Shown piece after piece: positions 57,361 to 64,000 of a stretch of 64,000 nt of DNA. The translations under genes were made by a program, and so were the position numbers. Each line of letters begins with the position of its first letter. The first letter of the stretch is position 1. Source of the DNA: a virus; IMG/VR virus record IMGVR_UViG_3300032782_000001, positions 244,404-308,403 of that record; one strand, 5' to 3'. The notes beneath the pieces were generated by a model. It saw only the letters and a program-made list of their open reading frames with translations, did not search any database and was not told where the DNA came from.

Positions 57361-59097
57361 TCACTGCTCATAGAAATCAAAGCCACCGGAAAAGGTGACT
57401 GTGTTACTACTAAATGGGTTAACCCATAACTGAATACGAGCAGGGCCAACCACCTGAATTGGCGTACCATAATTCCGAGTAATCTCACTGCTCTGTCCGA
57501 ACAAATAAAGAGCGTCAGACACCTGTTTGTCAGGAGAAGTCGTAGAGCTCAGATCCTGTGCCCGAAGAGTAAAAACCCCTCCTTGAGAAATGCCGGATGA
57601 ATTACTACCAATACTGATTCCAGTGATATAGCAAGTCTTACCGGAAGGAACATAATGGAGTCCCAGATACACCGTGTTGTCCGTTGCATTCATCGTCATG
57701 ATGGTCGCTCCGGTACCAGCAGTAGCTGCTTTCAAAGTAATCGATCCGACGTTTGAACCCGTACTGCCGACGGAGATTACTTCGATCTTCTCTACGTAGC
57801 AAATAGTAGTCGAGACCGTATTCACAGCCGTAGTGCCATTCATAGCCACTACTTCAGTATTCGGACCAACCCCGGCAGAAGTGTAGTATGTAATTTTAAC
57901 TTGTCGGGCGCCAGTTCCGGCAGACGTGTCATTCGCACTCGATGAGACAATGGATCGTTGGGCGTTAGAAGTCTGCTCTGTTAAAGTAGTCCTACGAACA
58001 ACAACATTTCCGGTATTGGTAAGAACCACATCTCCTGTAACAAATCCGGCAGTAGTGGCCGAAGCACTAGCTGGTGCTATAACGACACGACCGGTCGTAT
58101 CTGTAAGAAGTGCGCGAAGGGTGCTCCCGTCACTTCCACCAACCTGAGCAACAGACGGCGGAAGTGCTCCCGTTATACCAGACTGACCGGCGAAAAGAAC
58201 AGAATTATCATAAATTAAACTAGAACGAAGGGAACAGGAAGCTGTCCCGGAAGTGAACGCAGATACTCGGACTCGGGCATGTGAAGCTCCGCCCGCCCCA
58301 ACAATTGTTCTAGATGTAGCAGTGTTATTGGATGTAAAAACAATACTGGAAACCTTATTATCGGTAGTTGGATCATCAAAGAATGTAGTAACCCAAGTCG
58401 TTCCACCATCAAATGATACTTCAGGAACGATGGTCCCAATCAAAGTTCCGGCAGAAAGTTGGAATCCAATACTAGAATGACCCGAGAGAGGAACTTGAAC
58501 GTTAGCATTTGCGGCATTCAAACTCCCATCATTCAAAGAATCAGGAGTTTGAATTGAAAGGACTCCACCCGTAGGGACTCCGGCGGTTCCGACGCCTTGA
58601 ATGGAAAGAATGCCTCCAGTAGGTCCTGTCGGATTCCCAAATCCTTGTACGCTTACAGGTCCTGTAATACCAACAGCTCCAAGAGGAGCAACAGCTCCCG
58701 TAATTCCAACTGCATTGAGTCCAGTAACTCCAACATAACCGGTGACACCTACCGGACCTGTGATTCCAACAGCACCCTTTAAAGCAACTGGACCAGTAAT
58801 GCCTACGGCATTCAGACCAGTAATCCCAACATAACCGGTGACACCAACTGGACCCGTAATTCCAACAGCGCCCTTTAAAGCGACTGGTCCAGTAATTCCT
58901 ACGGCGTTAAGCCCGGTAACTCCAACATAACCGGTGACACCTACCGGACCTGTAATTCCGGCGACGACGGATACGGGATACGAACCAGTCTGACCTTGAA
59001 CTGTCATCACCCCACCAGTGGGTGATGGGGCACCGGGGGTGCCCTGGCCCTGGTCCACGAAAATAGGAGCAGGAGCGGCAATGATTACGGCCGACAT
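57361..59097 (-). CDS. Fiber-like protein, paralog 3 (578 aa), with a collagen-like 33-aa triple repeat
   Basis: Same C-terminal module. N-terminal GITGPVGVTGYVG(V/I)TGLNAVGITGPVALKGAV repeated three times. Confidence 0.55.
   Translation of the reverse strand: MSAVIIAAPAPIFVDQGQGTPGAPSPTGGVMTVQGQTGSYPVSVVAGITGPVGVTGYVGVTGLNAVGITGPVALKGAVGITGPVGVTGYVGITGLNAVGITGPVALKGAVGITGPVGVTGYVGVTGLNAVGITGAVAPLGAVGITGPVSVQGFGNPTGPTGGILSIQGVGTAGVPTGGVLSIQTPDSLNDGSLNAANANVQVPLSGHSSIGFQLSAGTLIGTIVPEVSFDGGTTWVTTFFDDPTTDNKVSSIVFTSNNTATSRTIVGAGGASHARVRVSAFTSGTASCSLRSSLIYDNSVLFAGQSGITGALPPSVAQVGGSDGSTLRALLTDTTGRVVIAPASASATTAGFVTGDVVLTNTGNVVVRRTTLTEQTSNAQRSIVSSSANDTSAGTGARQVKITYYTSAGVGPNTEVVAMNGTTAVNTVSTTICYVEKIEVISVGSTGSNVGSITLKAATAGTGATIMTMNATDNTVYLGLHYVPSGKTCYITGISIGSNSSGISQGGVFTLRAQDLSSTTSPDKQVSDALYLFGQSSEITRNYGTPIQVVGPARIQLWVNPFSSNTVTFSGGFDFYEQ
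58705..58975. repeat. About 2.7 copies of a 99-bp tandem repeat inside gene 57361-59097
   Basis: Read directly: ...ccagtaactccaacataaccggtgacacctaccggacctgt(g/a)attccaacagc(a/g)ccctttaaagc(a/g)actgg(a/t)ccagtaat(g/t)cctacggc... Confidence 0.6.
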
Positions 59098-59100
59098 AAA

Positions 59101-62100
59101 TTAGACGTCCCTCGTCATGGAGTATGACGTCAATCTGTTACCCGAATAGGTGTAGTTAATGGTAACCTGAGACACGATCGTCACCCCATCTGCGGCATAA
59201 ACCTTCCGAACCTCGGTCGTGAGCTTGTTGCCCATATATGTATAATTAATCTGCTTCAGCAAGCTATTATCAGAATGGCGCCTCCATTGTTCCTGAATGA
59301 TATTATTTCCAGAATAAGTATTGGAATAATCGTTGGAAGGTGCTACAGGATCTGCCGCAAGCAAAAGGTCGCTCGGACCGGTGGGACCAGTTGCGCCCTG
59401 GACTCCAGTTGCGCCTTGTGGACCGGTCGCACCCTGCGGTCCGGTTGGACCCGTGACACCTAGCGGTCCAGTTGGACCCGTGGCCCCTGTGACTCCGGGA
59501 GATCCTTGAATACCTTGAGGGCCAATGGGACCAGTTGCACCCGTGACACCCGGTGAGCCTTGTGGACCGATTGGACCCGTAGCTCCAGTGACTCCAGGAG
59601 AACCTTGCGGGCCTGTTGATCCTTGAGAACCAGTTGCACCAGTGACACCCGGTGATCCTTGAGGACCTATGGGACCGGTTGCCCCAGTAATACCTTGAAT
59701 TCCAGTGGCGCCTTGTGGTCCAGTTGCTCCTGTAATTCCTGGAGATCCTTGCGGACCAACTGGACCAGTTGCACCAGTAACACCGGTGACACCCGGAGAT
59801 CCCTGTGTCCCTTGAACACCAGTCGCACCTCGCGGGCCGGTGGGACCGGTTGCACCCGTGACTCCAGGAGATCCCTGCGTTCCCTGAGGACCAGTAAATC
59901 CAGTGACACCCGGAGATCCATGCGTCCCTTGAATACCAGTCGCACCCTGGGGACCCGTCGCACCTGTGACTCCAGGAGACCCTTGAGGCCCGGTGGCTCC
60001 GGTTACGCCTGTAACTCCAGGAGAGCCTTGAGGACCAGTTGCTCCAGTGACGCCGGGAGACCCTTGAGGACCAATAGGACCTGTAAATCCAGTAACACCA
60101 GGGGATCCTTGCGTTCCTTGAGGCCCAATCGCACCTTGAGGCCCAGTGGGACCAATGGGACCAGTAACTCCAGGGGATCCTTGGACACCTGTCGCACCTT
60201 GAGGGCCAGTTGGACCCGTTGCTCCGGGGGATCCTTGCGGGCCTGTTGCACCAGTAACTCCAGGGGATCCTTGGATTCCTTGAGGACCCGTAGGACCCGT
60301 GGCTCCAGTAACCCCAGGAGATCCTTGTGGCCCAGTTGCACCTGTGACTCCGGTGATTCCAGGAGAGCCTTGGGGCCCAGTTGCACCGGTAACGCCCGGG
60401 GACCCTTGAATGCCTTGTGCGCCAGTAGCGCCGGTGACACCAGGAGATCCTTGGGGACCAGTTGCGCCTTGAGGCCCTGTCGCTCCGGTTACACCAGGAG
60501 AACCTTGAATTCCCTGAGGACCAGTTGCACCAGTAACGCCGTCAGCACCAGTTGATCCTTGCGGACCGGTCGCTCCAGTGATGCCTGGAGGCCCTTGTGG
60601 CCCCGTGGCTCCAGTGACTCCGGTGACACCAGGAGATCCTTGGGGACCAATTGCACCCGTGGCTCCAGTGACTCCGGGAGATCCTTGTGGTCCAGTGGAT
60701 CCAGTGACTCCTGGTGAACCTTGCGTACCTTGAGAACCGGTTGCACCTTGTGGTCCTGTGGGTCCAGTTGCTCCGGTAACACCATCAACTCCAGTTGCAC
60801 CCTGTGGTCCAGTTGCACCAGTAACCCCCGGCGATCCTTGCGTTCCTTGAGGACCGGTAGCACCAGTAACCCCCGGCGATCCTTGCGTTCCTTGAGGACC
60901 GGTAGCACCCGTGTTCCCTGGAGAACCTTGCGGACCAGCTGGCCCTGTGGCGCCTGTAACACCAGGTGATCCTTGAATTCCTTGCGGACCAGTTGCACCA
61001 GTAACTCCAGGACTTCCTTGCGGACCAGTGGCCCCCGTGACACCATCTGCGCCAGTGGCACCCTGAGGCCCTGTTGCACCTGTAACTCCGGGAGATCCTT
61101 GTGGGCCGGTGGAGCCTTGCGGCCCCGTTGGACCCGTGGCTCCAGTAATTCCGGGTGAACCTTGTGCGCCTTGCGGACCGGTCGGGCCAGTAAAACCGGT
61201 GAATCCAGGCGAGCCCTGGTCTCCTTGTGGACCTGTAGCTCCAGTGACGCCAGGGCTACCTTGAGGTCCAGTGGGCCCTGTTGCACCTGTAACCCCGGGG
61301 GATCCTTGAGGTCCAGTGGGACCGGTAAAACCTGTGATTCCAGGAGACCCTTGAACACCTTGAGGTCCGGTTGGCCCTGTGGCGCCAGTCGCACCTTGCG
61401 GGCCTGTGACGCCGGTGAACCCAGGTGATCCTTGAGGACCAGTTGCACCAGTGACTCCTGGAGATCCTTGCGGTCCAATTGGACCCGTCGCACCGGTGAA
61501 TCCAGGCGAACCCTGATCACCTTGTGGGCCCGTTGGGCCTGTGGCCCCCGTGACTCCAGGCGATCCTTGATCGCCCTGGGGACCAGTTGGACCCGTCGCT
61601 CCTGGAGATCCTTGCCCACCTTGAGGACCAGTGGGCCCTGTGGTGCCGGTGATTCCAGGAGAACCCTGTGGACCTTGCGGACCAGTTGGCCCGGTCGCGC
61701 CAGTAACTCCTGGAGATCCTTGTTCCCCTTGAGGCCCCGTAGGACCGGTCGAGCCCGTGACTCCAGGAGAACCTTGGATTCCCTGCGGGCCGGTTGCACC
61801 AGTAACACCATCGGCGCCAGTCGCTCCAGTAACCCCTGGGGATCCTTGAGTACCCTGAGGCCCGGTCGATCCCGTGACTCCGGTAACACCTGGAGACCCT
61901 TGGACTCCTTGGGGACCCGTCGGCCCTGTAGCTCCAGTGACTCCATCAGCTCCGGTTGCACCTTGAGACCCGGTAGAACCTGTAACGCCCGGTGATCCTT
62001 GTGGACCGATCGGACCGGTTGCTCCAGTGACGCCAGGGCTACCTTGAGAACCAACTGGACCGGTTACTCCTGGAGACCCTTGTCCTCCTTGAGGACCTGT

Positions 62101-64000
62101 AGGACCTGTCGCTCCAGTAACACCATCCGCACCAGTGGGTCCTTGAGGACCTGTCGCGCCAGTAGCCCCCGTTACACCGTCCGCGCCAGTGGGTCCTTGA
62201 GGCCCCGTGAGACCCGTCGCGCCAGGAGAGCCTTGAATCCCCTGCGGGCCAGTCGCTCCAGTAATGCCGGGTGAACCTTGATCGCCTTGCGGTCCAGTTG
62301 GACCCGTAGACCCGGTTACACCAGGAGAGCCTTGGATGCCTTGGAAACCTGTGGCGCCTTGCGGACCTGTGGGACCAGTCGCGCCAGTAACTCCATCGAT
62401 TCCAGTTGCACCTTGTGGACCAGTTGCTCCAGTAACACCTGGAGATCCTTGACTACCTTGCGGACCCGTTGGCCCGGTGGCACCTGTAATCCCCGGGGAC
62501 CCTGGATTTCCTTGCGGACCCGTGGGACCAGTAACACCTGGTGATCCTTGAGACCCTGTAGACCCTTCAGGACCAGTTGCACCGGTAACTCCATCTGCTC
62601 CAGTCGCGCCCTGCGGGCCTGTGGGACCAGTGGCACCAGTAACACCTGGCGATCCTTGGATTCCTTGAGGACCCGTAGGACCCGTTGCTCCATCAGCACC
62701 GGTAACGCCTTGAGGACCTGTCGCGCCGGTAATTCCGGGCGAGCCTTGTGGACCTGTAACACCGGGAGACCCCTGCGGGCCAGTTGCACCGGTGACTCCA
62801 TCAGCCCCCGTTGAACCTTGCGGGCCCGTAGCGCCTGTTGCTCCAGGTGATCCTTGCGGGCCCGTGACTCCGGTGACTCCAGGAGATCCTTGTGGACCGG
62901 TAGGCCCGGTTGAACCGGTAACTCCGTCCGCACCAGTTGCACCTTGGGGACCCGTGACTCCGGTGACTCCGGTAACACCTGGAGAACCTTGTACTCCTTG
63001 GGGCCCAGTAGGGCCAGTAGCACCGGTGACACCATCAGCTCCGGTTGGCCCTTGAGGTCCAGTGGCTCCGGTTACTCCGGGCGATCCTTGCTGTCCTTGA
63101 GGACCGGTCGGGCCTGTAGTACCGTCAACTCCCGTGGCACCTTGTGGACCAATTGGACCTGTAAATCCAGTAACACCAGGGGATCCTTGCGGGCCAGTTG
63201 CACCAGTAACCCCAGGTGAACCTTGGACTCCTTGAGGACCAGTGGCTCCAGTGAATCCTGGAGAACCCTGTTCGCCTTGCGGACCAGTTGATCCAGTGAC
63301 GCCAGTAACTCCATCGGCGCCTGTAGCACCTTGGGGTCCAGTGGCCCCCGTGACCCCTGGAGATCCTTGCGGGCCAATTGGGCCTGTGGCCCCCGTGACT
63401 CCAGGCGATCCTTGATCACCTTGTGGGCCTGTGGGCCCAGTAGCTCCTGTGACGCCAGGCGATCCTTGATCGCCTTGAGGACCTGTGGAGCCAGTAAATC
63501 CTGGAGACCCTTGCGGGCCCGTAGCTCCGGTTGAACCAGGAGAACCTTGTGGCCCAGTTGCACCAGTTACTCCAGGAGATCCTTGAATTCCTTGAGGACC
63601 CGTAGAACCGGTTGCACCGGTGACTCCATCGGCACCCGTTGCGCCTTGAGGACCAGTTGGGCCCGTCGCACCAGTGACTCCAGGTGATCCTTGATCGCCT
63701 TGAGGACCCGTTGGTCCGGTGACTCCAGTTACTCCGGGCGATCCTTGGTATCCTTGGGGACCCGTTGCACCTGTAACTCCATCAACCCCCGTTGCGCCTT
63801 GCGGACCAGTAGCCCCCGTGACTCCAGGAGACCCCTGTTCGCCTTGTGGGCCCGTTGGACCTGTCGCACCAGTGATACCTGGGGACCCTGAATCTCCTTG
63901 CGGACCAGTTGGACCCGTAAATCCAGTAACCCCAGGTGATCCCTGTGGTCCCGTTGCTCCAGTAACTCCAGGTGAACCTTGATCGCCTTGCGGGCCAGTC
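59101..64000 (-). CDS. Giant collagen-like protein (more than 1630 aa in window; N-terminus beyond the window end) with a YD-repeat-like C-terminal domain
   Basis: My manual minus-strand translation of 59365-59480 gives [40 protein letters not shown], running straight into the track ORF 59101-59364 (..[24 protein letters not shown]). The plus strand reads PVTPGDP, the complement of GxY codons. The frame has no ATG/GTG/TTG, so the track did not call it. Confidence 0.65.
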   Translation of the reverse strand, partial: TGPQGDQGSPGVTGATGPQGSPGVTGFTGPTGPQGDSGSPGITGATGPTGPQGEQGSPGVTGATGPQGATGVDGVTGATGPQGYQGSPGVTGVTGPTGPQGDQGSPGVTGATGPTGPQGATGADGVTGATGSTGPQGIQGSPGVTGATGPQGSPGSTGATGPQGSPGFTGSTGPQGDQGSPGVTGATGPTGPQGDQGSPGVTGATGPIGPQGSPGVTGATGPQGATGADGVTGVTGSTGPQGEQGSPGFTGATGPQGVQGSPGVTGATGPQGSPGVTGFTGPIGPQGATGVDGTTGPTGPQGQQGSPGVTGATGPQGPTGADGVTGATGPTGPQGVQGSPGVTGVTGVTGPQGATGADGVTGSTGPTGPQGSPGVTGVTGPQGSPGATGATGPQGSTGADGVTGATGPQGSPGVTGPQGSPGITGATGPQGVTGADGATGPTGPQGIQGSPGVTGATGPTGPQGATGADGVTGATGPEGSTGSQGSPGVTGPTGPQGNPGSPGITGATGPTGPQGSQGSPGVTGATGPQGATGIDGVTGATGPTGPQGATGFQGIQGSPGVTGSTGPTGPQGDQGSPGITGATGPQGIQGSPGATGLTGPQGPTGADGVTGATGATGPQGPTGADGVTGATGPTGPQGGQGSPGVTGPVGSQGSPGVTGATGPIGPQGSPGVTGSTGSQGATGADGVTGATGPTGPQGVQGSPGVTGVTGSTGPQGTQGSPGVTGATGADGVTGATGPQGIQGSPGVTGSTGPTGPQGEQGSPGVTGATGPTGPQGPQGSPGITGTTGPTGPQGGQGSPGATGPTGPQGDQGSPGVTGATGPTGPQGDQGSPGFTGATGPIGPQGSPGVTGATGPQGSPGFTGVTGPQGATGATGPTGPQGVQGSPGITGFTGPTGPQGSPGVTGATGPTGPQGSPGVTGATGPQGDQGSPGFTGFTGPTGPQGAQGSPGITGATGPTGPQGSTGPQGSPGVTGATGPQGATGADGVTGATGPQGSPGVTGATGPQGIQGSPGVTGATGPAGPQGSPGNTGATGPQGTQGSPGVTGATGPQGTQGSPGVTGATGPQGATGVDGVTGATGPTGPQGATGSQGTQGSPGVTGSTGPQGSPGVTGATGAIGPQGSPGVTGVTGATGPQGPPGITGATGPQGSTGADGVTGATGPQGIQGSPGVTGATGPQGATGPQGSPGVTGATGAQGIQGSPGVTGATGPQGSPGITGVTGATGPQGSPGVTGATGPTGPQGIQGSPGVTGATGPQGSPGATGPTGPQGATGVQGSPGVTGPIGPTGPQGAIGPQGTQGSPGVTGFTGPIGPQGSPGVTGATGPQGSPGVTGVTGATGPQGSPGVTGATGPQGATGIQGTHGSPGVTGFTGPQGTQGSPGVTGATGPTGPRGATGVQGTQGSPGVTGVTGATGPVGPQGSPGITGATGPQGATGIQGITGATGPIGPQGSPGVTGATGSQGSTGPQGSPGVTGATGPIGPQGSPGVTGATGPIGPQGIQGSPGVTGATGPTGPLGVTGPTGPQGATGPQGATGVQGATGPTGPSDLLLAADPVAPSNDYSNTYSGNNIIQEQWRRHSDNSLLKQINYTYMGNKLTTEVRKVYAADGVTIVSQVTINYTYSGNRLTSYSMTRDV

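Noticed and set aside
59460-63982. Many ORFs in the six-frame track across the collagen-like region, for example 60489-62054 minus (521 aa, Leu/Val/Lys/Gln-rich) and 59659-60555 plus (Ser/Arg/Cys/Thr-rich)
   Set aside because: All listed minus-strand ORFs here share a frame that is +1 relative to the true G-X-Y frame. The plus-strand ones are the antisense, reading as PVTPGDP. Low-complexity repeat DNA has no stops in wrong frames. The real gene is the unlisted G-X-Y frame.
59370-64000. Possible CRISPR-like array suggested by short periodic repeats
   Set aside because: The periodicity is 9 nt (GGN NNN NNN) and arises from coding triplets for collagen. There are no repeat/spacer units of 25-40 nt and no leader or cas genes.

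Overview
The window appears to be 64 kb of a large virus or phage genome, or an integrated copy of one. It is densely coding and almost entirely minus-strand, with only a few plus-strand islands, and uses all three stop codons. I see no rRNA, tRNA or CRISPR.

Reading in the minus direction, the window holds:
- A tail-like structural module at about 1-12 kb. It contains a 1130-aa tape-measure-like protein with a Gly-rich hydrophobic core and large flanking structural proteins. Several gene junctions overlap as TAATG or TGATG.
- A mixed-strand island at 12-18 kb with HNH-type zinc-finger proteins, CCHC zinc-knuckle proteins and an AAA+ ATPase.
- A plus-strand collagen-like gene and a nucleoside hydrolase at 18.6-21.4 kb.
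- The main finding: a cluster at 21.7-27.5 kb of 11 or more small genes whose products all end in the C-terminal tetrapeptide (V/I)(M/I)ES, most directly after a zinc ribbon. Interleaved with them are a PTH2-type peptidyl-tRNA hydrolase, a HAD-like phosphatase and a minimal eukaryotic-like protein kinase.
- Giant repeat-domain structural proteins at 27.9-43 kb, including a 1557-aa protein. The same stretch carries a tRNA-binding OB-fold protein, an FmdB zinc-ribbon protein, an actin-like ATPase and a minimal ligase-type nucleotidyltransferase.
- A glycosylation island at 43.9-55.5 kb: a B12-binding radical SAM enzyme, two paralogous glycosyltransferases, a UDP-xylose synthase, a GT2, a methyltransferase, an epimerase/dehydratase and a 1122-aa multidomain enzyme.
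- Three tandem paralogous fiber-like proteins at 55.6-59.1 kb, then a giant collagen-like gene of more than 1600 aa running off the window end.

All functional calls come from motifs read in the supplied translations. No database search was possible.
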